Part shown: one piece after another, positions 1 through 6,057 of the stretch
Position numbering within the stretch: the first letter of the stretch is position 1
How the letters are laid out: each line of letters starts with the position of its first letter
Origin: a virus
Lineage: Duplodnaviria; Heunggongvirae; Uroviricota; Caudoviricetes
Length of the DNA: 6,627 bases
Strand: one strand, 5' to 3'
Virus record (IMG/VR): IMGVR_UViG_2778261592_000001
Coordinates: 1-6,627 of that record
Translations under genes and position numbers: made by a program
The notes under the pieces: model-generated
What the model was told of the DNA's origin: nothing
The model's database searches: none
Seen by the model: only the letters and a program-made list of their open reading frames with translations

Positions 1-2054
1 TCGGTCAGAATGGCTGATTGTGCTTCCCGTGACTGTTTCAGCCACCACTTAATGGTGTCCCGATCGATGACTCCGCCTGCGGTTTCCAGATCGATAGTTT
101 TGCTGAATTCTGGCCCCATCTCTCCGGTTGCCGGATCAAAAAACTTACCGGCCAGAGCGTTTATTGGGGCATCAGGATTTTTGCCCATTGTTTCAAGGTT
201 AATCATCAGATGGTGCCACAACCTGCTGGTGGATGTGCTTTCACGATGACCGTTCACCTTAATTAAGGGATTTGCTGTCTCGCCACTTTCATTATCTGTG
301 GTGTGGTAGTGATCGCCGCCAGAGCCTTCCATTTCTTCCTGAGCTTCAGCCTGATTTTCTTCATCGAGTGTTTCCTGGTAGGTTGCGTTGCCCATCACCG
401 CGCCACAGTCAGGACAGTTGCCGCCACCGCTCTGACCGCAGGCGGTGCAGACTTTTTCCTCTTCCTGTTGCGCTACTGGTTCGGATTGTTTCGTTTCTGG
501 CTCGTCTTGTAACGCATTTTGGCTGTTTTGTTCTGCTTTCTGGTCGTTCTGTTCCGTTTCTTGCTGGTTCTGGTTCACAGAATCGCAGGTTTCAATCCCC
601 TTAACCCATTTCGGATCATTCGGGTCGCTAATCCCCTCAACAAATTCACCACGCGATACAGCAAGTAACTTATCGGCGTCAGGCTGGCTGATATTGGCTG
701 CCTGCATAATTTTGTTTACTTCGTCAGCGGTGACTTTTACTTGGTTAGCGGAACTCACCTGCGACTGAGCGTTCTGGCAATGTTCAGTTGTATCCGGTTC
801 CATTGTTTCAGTTGTTGCCTGTTCACCTGCCATTGCGTCAGATGGTTGTGGTTTTTCTTCTTCTGTTTCACGTTCAGTAACCACCTCGCGGTTAATTTCT
901 TCCAGGATATCTTTTTCCGGCGTATGCCGGGCAGCTGTGAGAGTTTCCTTGCTGGGGTTCTCGTGATCAGTTTCCGTCAAATAGGCGTTGATATACCCCT
1001 GAAGGCGTCCCGGGTAGTGATAAAATTCAGGGTGTGCGCTTCGGATAAGTGCAAAAATAGCGGCGCGGGAATAGTCCAGAATACCCGGGGTTGCACGAAG
1101 TGCTGCGGACCATTCTTTGAACGGACTTTCTTTTTTCAGGACTACTTCTTTTGCGCGACGATAAACGCTGCCCGGAATTTCATAAATATTAAAATCCATC
1201 GGAAGTGTGGCAGCTGCAATCTCCACATCCAGTGTGTCGAGGGTGTGTACTAAATTCGGATTGCGATCGGTTTTGTTCCCACCGCCAGCATTAGCACCGG
1301 AAGCCGTGCGGGTGATGCGTGAAACACGATTTCCTTTCATCCACTCTTTTGTCAGCAGACCTCGATCAGTGTAGTCAGCGTCCAGGTATGCTTCGAAAAA
1401 AGCAGTTATTAGTCCCAGGTCTGAATTACCCGGATTAGGGAAAACTTTGTCAGTGTCACGAACCAGTTTGTGGAGGTCGCGAATCTCCAGCGAGTCGAGC
1501 AGACTGGTTTTATGCGAAATAGCCAGGGCAGTAACAGCCGGTAGTTCTTCAGCCCGTGCAATGTGTAATGCCTGGAGTTCGTCGCGTGAAACGTGCGTTA
1601 CTGGTTTTTCGCTGCCGTGTTGAGCAAGCCAACGAATGGGCAATTCCTGACCGGAGACAGGCAGAAGCATGCTCTCCTCAATCTCAGTCATGTCTTCGCC
1701 GTTGATGTTGGTATTGTCAGTGCTGGCTGGTTTGTCCTGAACAGAGGGGGAAGGGCCGATAAATGTCATTGTGATGCCATCTTTCCCGCCTTTTTCATAG
1801 CGGTTGCAGAATTCAGTATCAAACACGCCTTCTGGCGGAAGGTCGTCAACAACGGGCAAATTGACGCGGACGGGTTTTTTAAAGTCGTCTTCATCATAAT
1901 CGTTGTCATCCATTGCAGTAATGCAGCGGGAGATTGCAACAGATAATTTTTTTGCTGTAGTCCAGTAAAAACCACCTTTAATTCCCAGGCGTTTTCTTAC
2001 TTTGTCATTTTTTGCTTCGCAATATAGTGCAAATTCTTCTTTATCAGTGCTCAT
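1..2054 (-). CDS. recE: RecE-like exonuclease VIII family protein, N-terminal 684 codons; C-terminus lies beyond the left edge
   Basis: Uninterrupted minus-strand reading frame from ATG at 2054 ([15 protein letters not shown]...) to position 1, hand-translated with no stop; not in the ORF track because it is edge-truncated. A long block ([85 protein letters not shown]) matches my recollection of the Rac prophage RecE N-terminal region. Sits directly downstream of ydfD, where K-12 has the ydfE fragment. Weak GAGG Shine-Dalgarno 14-17 nt upstream. Confidence 0.7.
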   Translation of the reverse strand, partial: MSTDKEEFALYCEAKNDKVRKRLGIKGGFYWTTAKKLSVAISRCITAMDDNDYDEDDFKKPVRVNLPVVDDLPPEGVFDTEFCNRYEKGGKDGITMTFIGPSPSVQDKPASTDNTNINGEDMTEIEESMLLPVSGQELPIRWLAQHGSEKPVTHVSRDELQALHIARAEELPAVTALAISHKTSLLDSLEIRDLHKLVRDTDKVFPNPGNSDLGLITAFFEAYLDADYTDRGLLTKEWMKGNRVSRITRTASGANAGGGNKTDRNPNLVHTLDTLDVEIAAATLPMDFNIYEIPGSVYRRAKEVVLKKESPFKEWSAALRATPGILDYSRAAIFALIRSAHPEFYHYPGRLQGYINAYLTETDHENPSKETLTAARHTPEKDILEEINREVVTERETEEEKPQPSDAMAGEQATTETMEPDTTEHCQNAQSQVSSANQVKVTADEVNKIMQAANISQPDADKLLAVSRGEFVEGISDPNDPKWVKGIETCDSVNQNQQETEQNDQKAEQNSQNALQDEPETKQSEPVAQQEEEKVCTACGQSGGGNCPDCGAVMGNATYQETLDEENQAEAQEEMEGSGGDHYHTTDNESGETANPLIKVNGHRESTSTSRLWHHLMINLETMGKNPDAPINALAGKFFDPATGEMGPEFSKTIDLETAGGVIDRDTIKWWLKQSREAQSAILT

Positions 2055-2147
2055 TATTGATAAACCTCATCACAGATTTAAGGGTGAACAAATCTCTGCC
2101 ATTGCTGACATATAAGAATGAAACTGGATATTTATTACGGTGCTGTT

Positions 2148-2336
2148 TTAAAATCCTGCCGGGATTTCGTTATCCTGGTGAATAACTTTATCGACCGGAT
2201 AACAGTTGCCTGGAATTTTCTGTTCGGTTGCTGCGGCCATACATTCCTGCATTGTTCTGTGAACACTGACTGCAATATCAACTGGCTCTCCGGAAACAAG
2301 AAAAACCGTCAGAATAAGTGCAAATGCTGAATTCAT
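2148..2336 (-). CDS. ydfD: YdfD-like small lysis protein with N-terminal hydrophobic segment (62 aa)
   Basis: MNSAFALILTVFLVSGEPVDIAVSVH... Start at 2336 has AAGGA 8 nt upstream and overlaps the dicB stop as ATGA. The longer track start at 2390 would overlap dicB by 58 nt. Position and size match ydfD of Qin (63 aa in K-12). Confidence 0.75.
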   Translation of the reverse strand: MNSAFALILTVFLVSGEPVDIAVSVHRTMQECMAAATEQKIPGNCYPVDKVIHQDNEIPAGF

Positions 2337-2521
2337 TGCGCACATCCTTTTGGCATCAGACGTAAACGAGCCAGCATTGAAACAATGCATATTTTATTTA
2401 ATAGCTCCCGTTCTTGTTTTCTCTTGTTAATGGCATCTTCAGTAAATACAGGGTTACTGATAGTGACACCAATTTCAAAACAACCTTCAGACGTATTAAC
2501 GTTTGGTAATAACGTTTTCAT
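2333..2521 (-). CDS. dicB: DicB cell-division inhibitor (MinC-activating), 62 aa
   Basis: MKTLLPNVNTSEGCFEIGVTISNPVFTEDAINKRKQERELLNKICIVSMLARLRLMPKGCAQ matches recalled DicB in sequence and length. GAGGA 7 nt upstream of ATG at 2521. Lies 175 nt downstream of DicF, as in K-12. Confidence 0.9.
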   Translation of the reverse strand: MKTLLPNVNTSEGCFEIGVTISNPVFTEDAINKRKQERELLNKICIVSMLARLRLMPKGCAQ

Positions 2522-2690
2522 TATCGCGTCCTCAACAATGAATTTTGTGATGCAGTGCCTGGTGCCTCCAGGTGACGTTAACCAGTTAACAATTAACGCC
2601 GGATACAGAGAATCCACCCATAACACTGTTTTTGGTTTTAACTGTTCCGCGTGCGCTCAGCCGCATTCACCACATCACAAAATTCACTTT

Positions 2691-2733
2691 AAAAAGGGCG
2701 GCAGAGCAGTCACGGAGTAAAACTGATACCGCC
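2691..2733 (-). terminator. Rho-independent terminator forming the DicF 3' end
   Basis: Minus-strand GGCGG (plus 2729-2733) pairs with CCGCC (within plus 2696-2701), followed by a five-U tract (plus 2691-2695). Confidence 0.6.
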
Positions 2734-2748
2734 AAACGTCACCAGAAA
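2696..2748 (-). ncRNA. dicF: DicF small regulatory RNA (53 nt)
   Basis: Minus-strand sequence UUUCUGGUGACGUUUGGCGGUAUCAGUUUUACUCCGUGACUGCUCUGCCGCCC followed by UUUUU (plus 2691-2695) matches recalled DicF exactly. 3' GC-rich stem (GGCGG/CCGCC) plus U-tract forms the intrinsic terminator. Confidence 0.85.
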
Positions 2749-3088
2749 ATTGATAACAGAAGGCGTTGCAGCGGGGTTGTCACTTAAGCGTATGGTCAAC
2801 CTGACAACCCGGTGTCCTCAACGGGGAAGAAATAACCCCTCCATACTTACCGCCGCACCATTTCGCGGGTTGCCACAACCGGAAGCGCACGGTCGACGAA
2901 AAGTTAACGACAGGCTATCTATGAACCAGCTACCTCGCCGTGCGCTTTCGCGTTATGGTCTGACTTTTCAGGGAAATATCCTTTCAGTAAACTGTCAGTG
3001 CCGGATGCTCACCCGCGTCCGGCGCACGCACTCCACCTCACCCGTGGAGAACTACTTAATTACCAACCTTAGCTTCGTTGGTTAGCTA

Positions 3089-3307
3089 TTAACGCGGGTA
3101 TGTAATCATTCTGGCAATGCTTAATGCCGCTGCTTTTTCCAGATTGGTGATATCCTGCTCCAGAGCGGACAGATTTTCAGCCTGCTTAGCCCTGGCTTCA
3201 TTGGCCCATTTCAGATCCTGCGCTGCATTAATTTTCTGGCGCATCCACTCATAAAGTTCATCATCGGTATAGTCTGGTGCGATGATGACGGGTTCTCGTT
3301 TCTGCAT
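3089..3307 (-). CDS. ydfC: YdfC-like hypothetical protein, predicted helical (72 aa)
   Basis: MQKREPVIIAPDYTDDELYEWMRQKINAAQDLKWANEARAKQAENLSALEQD... GAGGAA 5 nt upstream of the ATG. Position and length match ydfC in the Qin dicB operon. Confidence 0.8.
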   Translation of the reverse strand: MQKREPVIIAPDYTDDELYEWMRQKINAAQDLKWANEARAKQAENLSALEQDITNLEKAAALSIARMITYPR

Positions 3308-3336
3308 ACTGATTCCTCGCGGTGCTGTTTCGCTTA

Positions 3337-3465
3337 TCAGCCGTTAGATTTTGCCGAGCTGGAAAGCGCCTGTTTAAATTCGTTGAAGCTGAGAGCTTCT
3401 TCGCCGTCGGCAAGACCTTCGAAGTATTCTTCATAAGCCTTTTCCATGATTGTGTCGAAATCCAT
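3337..3465 (-). CDS. ydfB: YdfB-like small acidic protein (42 aa)
   Basis: Hand-translated MDFDTIMEKAYEEYFEGLADGEEALSFNEFKQALSSSAKSNG, ending in tandem stops TGATAA. ATG lies 1 nt after the ydfA stop (TGAtATG), with AGGTGAG upstream. Below the ORF-track size cut-off. Confidence 0.75.
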   Translation of the reverse strand: MDFDTIMEKAYEEYFEGLADGEEALSFNEFKQALSSSAKSNG

Positions 3466-3466
3466 A

Positions 3467-3622
3467 TCACTCACCTGAGTTTCTTTCCAGCCAGCGACGG
3501 GCACCATTTTCGGTTTTAAACGTTTTGCTTTTGGTATACGTCATCGCGGTGAACGTGCCGTCCTGGTTGGGGAACACGCCACATACCAGAGATTCGCTGT
3601 TGCCAAGATCGATAGTATCCAT
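3467..3622 (-). CDS. ydfA: YdfA-like small protein (51 aa)
   Basis: MDTIDLGNSESLVCGVFPNQDGTFTAMTYTKSKTFKTENGARRWLERNSGE. GAGGT 4-5 nt upstream of the ATG at 3622. The longer track ORF (start 3700) would begin inside the predicted promoter, so the internal start is preferred. Confidence 0.75.
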   Translation of the reverse strand: MDTIDLGNSESLVCGVFPNQDGTFTAMTYTKSKTFKTENGARRWLERNSGE

Positions 3623-3699
3623 GCTGACCTCATTTCCCCTTAACGCCGGGGTAGCGGAACTGTTTGCTGAGAACACCGTGCGGTGTCTTGATGCAAGCA

Positions 3700-3719
3700 A
3701 GATTAGCCATGACTAACAA
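3700..3719. promoter_or_regulatory. Operator-like imperfect palindrome, 16/20 match to the 20-bp site at 4246-4265
   Basis: agATTAGCCATGaCTAACAA; overlaps the -10 of the candidate operon promoter. Confidence 0.5.
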
Positions 3720-3728
3720 TTTGGTCAA
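3700..3728 (-). promoter_or_regulatory. Candidate sigma-70 promoter of the ydfABC-dicF-dicB-ydfD operon, overlapped by two operator palindromes
   Basis: Minus strand reads TTGACC (plus 3723-3728), 17-nt spacer, TAATCT (plus 3700-3705), about 80 nt upstream of the ydfA ATG. Confidence 0.5.
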
Positions 3729-3734
3729 GTATTT

Positions 3735-3754
3735 TTGTTTGCCATGGCTAACAT
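3735..3754. promoter_or_regulatory. Operator-like imperfect palindrome, 18/20 match to the 20-bp site at 4246-4265
   Basis: TTGTTtGCCATGGCTAACAt; centre lies 35 bp from the centre of the 3700-3719 site, just upstream of the -35. Confidence 0.55.
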
Positions 3755-3758
3755 TTTG

Positions 3759-3793
3759 GGCAGCCAAAAAGATAACGCATTGATTGCGTTATC
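3759..3793 (-). terminator. Candidate intrinsic terminator at the end of dicA
   Basis: Inverted repeat GATAACGCA (3771-3779) / TGCGTTATC (3785-3793) with 5-nt loop; the dicA stop codon lies in the stem. On the minus strand it is followed by TTTTT (plus 3766-3770). Confidence 0.45.
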
Positions 3794-4196
3794 TTTTGTT
3801 TGTTCGTTGACGGGCTTTTAATAACTCTTCAAAGAGTTTGTTGAAATTTTTTACTCGGGCGCGCATCTCGGTGAGCTGAGCATCCTGTTCTGATTCAGGC
3901 AATGCATTAAAAAGCTCAAGGAGCTCATGTTCTTTGGGGGATAGAGCAACTGGCTCCTCAATAGGTGGTGATGGCTGCTTGTCTTCATCGCCAAATAGAA
4001 TCCATGTTGGCGAGCACTGCAGTACTTTGCTGAGGGCAAAAAGATTCTTTCCTGTAGGTTCGCTATCATCCCGCTCCCATTGTGAAACCGATACGTGAGA
4101 AATTTTCAGGACTTTAGCAAGAGACCTTTGGGTGTATTTGAGGTTTTTTCGGCGATATCTAATGCGTTCGCCAATGGTTAAATTTTTTGTATCCAT
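3789..4196 (-). CDS. dicA: DicA, CI-like HTH (XRE family) prophage repressor, 135 aa
   Basis: MDTKNLTIGERIRYRRKNLKYTQRSLAKVLKISHVSVSQWERDDSEPTGKNLFALSKVLQCSPTWILFG... near-identical to recalled K-12 DicA. Divergent from the Cro-like gene. No obvious Shine-Dalgarno. Confidence 0.9.
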   Translation of the reverse strand: MDTKNLTIGERIRYRRKNLKYTQRSLAKVLKISHVSVSQWERDDSEPTGKNLFALSKVLQCSPTWILFGDEDKQPSPPIEEPVALSPKEHELLELFNALPESEQDAQLTEMRARVKNFNKLFEELLKARQRTNKR

Positions 4197-4218
4197 AGTT
4201 AGCTAATGCTAAATCTTA

Positions 4219-4247
4219 TTGACTATGTTTTTGTTAACATCTATTTT
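4219..4247 (+). promoter_or_regulatory. Candidate sigma-70 promoter for dicC
   Basis: TTGACT (4219-4224), 17-nt spacer, TATTTT (4242-4247); the 20-bp operator palindrome overlaps the -10 and the predicted transcription start. Confidence 0.5.
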
Positions 4248-4265
4248 GTTAGCCATGGCTAACAA
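4246..4265. promoter_or_regulatory. Perfect 20-bp palindromic operator, candidate DicA binding site
   Basis: TTGTTAGCCATGGCTAACAA is its own reverse complement. Located in the dicA-dicC intergenic region; two degenerate copies lie upstream of ydfA. Confidence 0.65.
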
Positions 4266-4279
4266 TTAAGGTGCTTTAA

Positions 4280-4510
4280 ATGCTTAAAACTGACGCACTT
4301 TTGTATTTCGGTTCAAAAACAAAACTTGCACAAGCTGCTGGTATTCGTTTGGCTTCGCTTTATAGCTGGAAAGGGGAGCTAGTACCTGAAGGTCGCGCGA
4401 TGCGCCTGCAAGAGGCATCCGGCGGGGAACTTCAGTACGACCCCAAAGTTTATGACGAATATCGTAAGGCAAAGCGGGCGGGGCGGTTGAACAATGAAAA
4501 TCACCCCTGA
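4280..4510 (+). CDS. dicC: DicC, Cro-like regulator, 76 aa
   Basis: MLKTDALLYFGSKTKLAQAAGIRLASLYSWKGELVPEGRAMRLQEASGGELQYDPKVYDEYRKAKRAGRLNNENHP matches recalled DicC. TAAGG 8 nt upstream of the ATG. Confidence 0.9.
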   Translation: MLKTDALLYFGSKTKLAQAAGIRLASLYSWKGELVPEGRAMRLQEASGGELQYDPKVYDEYRKAKRAGRLNNENHP

Positions 4511-5045
4511 ACAGGTTTGTGAGGCTCTGGATGCCTGGGTGTGCCGACCAGGAATGACACAGGAACAGGCGACGATATTAATCACGGAAGCATTCTGGGC
4601 TCTGAAAGAACGCCCGAACATCGATGTTCAACGCATCACGTTTAATGATGGCGAGGTTGATCAACGGGCACTGGGCGTTAACCGGGTGAAGATATTCGAA
4701 CGCTGGAAAGCTATCGACACCAGGGATAAGCGGAAAAAATTCACGGCGCTGATTCCGGCAATTATGGAGGCTATCCGAATTAGTGATTTCAGGTTGTATC
4801 GTGAGATCAGTGATGGAAAAAGCATTACGTACATGATCGCCGGATTAAACAAAGAATATGGCGATGTGGTGGAGTCCGGGCTGCTTTTTGCGGATCCATC
4901 TGTTGTGGAACGTGAGACTGACGAGCTTATAGAAAAAGCTATTGCTTTCAAGCATGCGTATCGTCAGCAGTATCAATATTACTTTGCAGATAAACAAATA
5001 TCTGCCAGGGGTTCGTATGAGTATCGATGCACTACGATGGGCTAA
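4494..5045 (+). CDS. YdaT-like (CII-analog family) protein, 183 aa; intact counterpart of the K-12 ydfX remnant
   Basis: Complete ORF starting 17 nt before the dicC stop. Begins MKI... and has the motif KFTALIPAIMEAI, resembling the KLIPAILAIL region I recall in Rac YdaT. Same position (after the cro-like gene) as ydaT in Rac-type prophages. Family assignment is from memory only. Confidence 0.55.
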   Translation: MKITPEQVCEALDAWVCRPGMTQEQATILITEAFWALKERPNIDVQRITFNDGEVDQRALGVNRVKIFERWKAIDTRDKRKKFTALIPAIMEAIRISDFRLYREISDGKSITYMIAGLNKEYGDVVESGLLFADPSVVERETDELIEKAIAFKHAYRQQYQYYFADKQISARGSYEYRCTTMG

Positions 5046-6057
5046 AAAGGTGAAAACCGGCAGTTCATCCAGTAAGTCTGTATTGACCTGGCTTGCTGAT
5101 ATGTGCGGTGCCGATTTGTGTGCATACCCGTCTGTATCTGCACTGGCAGAAGTAACGGAACTGAACAAAAAGACTGTGCAGGACAGCTTACGACACCTGA
5201 TGGAGATTGGGTTAATTGTTGATACCGGTGAGAGAAAAGGCAGAACAAAGCAAATTGTGGTGTACCGACTTATCGGTGTAGAAGAAAGTGTTGCCGAGCC
5301 TGAATACACCCAAAAACGGGTGTCTTTAAAGGTGGGTAAAATTGGTGCTGTTAATAAAAACAGTACCGAAAACGGTTATGTTTCAGCACAAAAGAGCCCC
5401 AAAAACGGAACTCTTTGTTGCATGGAAAATAACCAAAGACACCCAAATTTTCCATCAAAGACACCCAAAAACGGATCACGGAACCCAAAGGAACCCAAAG
5501 ATCTAAACCCCACACATAACGCACACGAGAGTGCTCCGATCAGTGAGCAGGAAGTTTTGTCGTTACAGGCAGCCCCCCATGTATTCCTGGATGGCCTGAG
5601 CGAACCCATCGGAAAATTTCCGATGACCGATAGCTGGTATCCGTCACGGGATTTTCGACGACGGGCTGCGTTGTGGGGGATGGCTTTGCCGGAGACAGAA
5701 TTTACACCTGCTGAACTTACCGCATTCCGGGACTACTGGGCAGCGGAGGGGAAAGTGTTTACGCAGATTCAGTGGGAGCAGAAATTCGCCCGTCACGTAA
5801 ATCACGTCAGGGCGCAGGTTAAACCAGTCAGCAAGGGGGTAAACCATGCAGCAGCACCAGGTGGCACCGCATCACGGGCAGTTCAGGAAATTCGGGCAGC
5901 ACGTGAGCAGTGGGAACGTGAAAACGGATTTATCAGCGACGGAAACGGCCTGGAAGCTGTGGGAACTCATGGGGGAGGTTTATTCGAACCGCTGGACCCA
6001 GAAGAACGGGGCCGCACCTTCGAAGCTCTGGATTGCACAGATTGGCGCGATGACTGA
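5017..6057 (+). CDS. Phage replication initiation protein: winged-helix N-terminal domain, low-complexity linker, DnaT-like C-terminal domain (346 aa from chosen start)
   Basis: Start ATG 5017 (MSIDALRWAKKV...) has AGGGG 5 nt upstream and overlaps the upstream gene by 29 nt; the track ORF start at 4942 would overlap by 104 nt. C-terminal segment (WYPSRDFRRRAALWGMALPETEFTPAELTAFRDYWAAEGKVFTQIQWEQKFARHV) resembles DnaT-like ssDNA-binding domains. Occupies the lambda O position upstream of a P-like gene. Confidence 0.7.
   Translation: MSIDALRWAKKVKTGSSSSKSVLTWLADMCGADLCAYPSVSALAEVTELNKKTVQDSLRHLMEIGLIVDTGERKGRTKQIVVYRLIGVEESVAEPEYTQKRVSLKVGKIGAVNKNSTENGYVSAQKSPKNGTLCCMENNQRHPNFPSKTPKNGSRNPKEPKDLNPTHNAHESAPISEQEVLSLQAAPHVFLDGLSEPIGKFPMTDSWYPSRDFRRRAALWGMALPETEFTPAELTAFRDYWAAEGKVFTQIQWEQKFARHVNHVRAQVKPVSKGVNHAAAPGGTASRAVQEIRAAREQWERENGFISDGNGLEAVGTHGGGLFEPLDPEERGRTFEALDCTDWRDD
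5397..5500. repeat. Iteron-like direct repeats (ACCCAAA core), candidate replication origin inside the initiator gene
   Basis: CAAAGACACCCAAA at 5434-5447 and 5456-5469 (22-bp spacing); CCCAAAAACGGA at 5398-5409 and 5464-5475 (66-bp spacing); tandem GGAACCCAAA at 5480-5489 and 5490-5499. A moderately AT-rich stretch lies just upstream (5350-5395). Confidence 0.5.

Noticed and set aside
10-1946. Plus-strand ORFs 10-249, 272-604, 303-512, 445-768, 741-1253 and 1593-1946
   Set aside because: All are antisense to the continuous RecE-like frame. Their translations are Cys/Phe/Trp-rich or otherwise unlike real proteins (mirror images of the acidic recE linker) and lack convincing starts.
1766-1975. 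Minus-strand 69-aa ORF
   Set aside because: Alternative frame entirely inside the RecE-like coding region; no ribosome-binding site and no family resemblance.
2148-2390. Longer 80-aa form of ydfD starting at 2390 (and the ATG at 2345)
   Set aside because: Would overlap dicB by 58 nt and has no Shine-Dalgarno. The ATG at 2336 has AAGGA at good spacing and the ATGA coupling. The 2345 ATG has the Shine-Dalgarno directly abutting it.
2385-2720. Plus-strand 111-aa ORF
   Set aside because: Antisense to dicB and DicF; peptide has no recognisable features; the minus-strand interpretation is far better supported.
2750-3085. Plus-strand 111-aa arginine-rich ORF spanning the ydfC-dicF spacer
   Set aside because: Odd composition, no Shine-Dalgarno, opposite to the operon direction. 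The region is better explained as structured untranslated RNA on the minus strand.
3261-3716. ORFs 3261-3470 (-), 3322-3519 (+), 3450-3716 (+) and the long 77-aa form of ydfA (3467-3700)
   Set aside because: They overlap ydfA/B/C in other frames or antisense. The long ydfA form would start within the predicted promoter -10 and has no ribosome-binding site.
3851-4069. Minus-strand 72-aa ORF inside dicA
   Set aside because: Alternative frame within the well-supported DicA coding sequence.
4284-4621. Minus-strand ORFs 4284-4472 and 4379-4621
   Set aside because: Antisense to dicC and the start of the YdaT-like gene; no starts with ribosome-binding sites; unconvincing translations.
4942-5016. 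Upstream extension of the initiator to the ATG at 4942
   Set aside because: Would overlap the YdaT-like gene by 104 nt and has no ribosome-binding site. The ATG at 5017 has AGGGG at 5-nt spacing and begins the winged-helix-like N-terminus.
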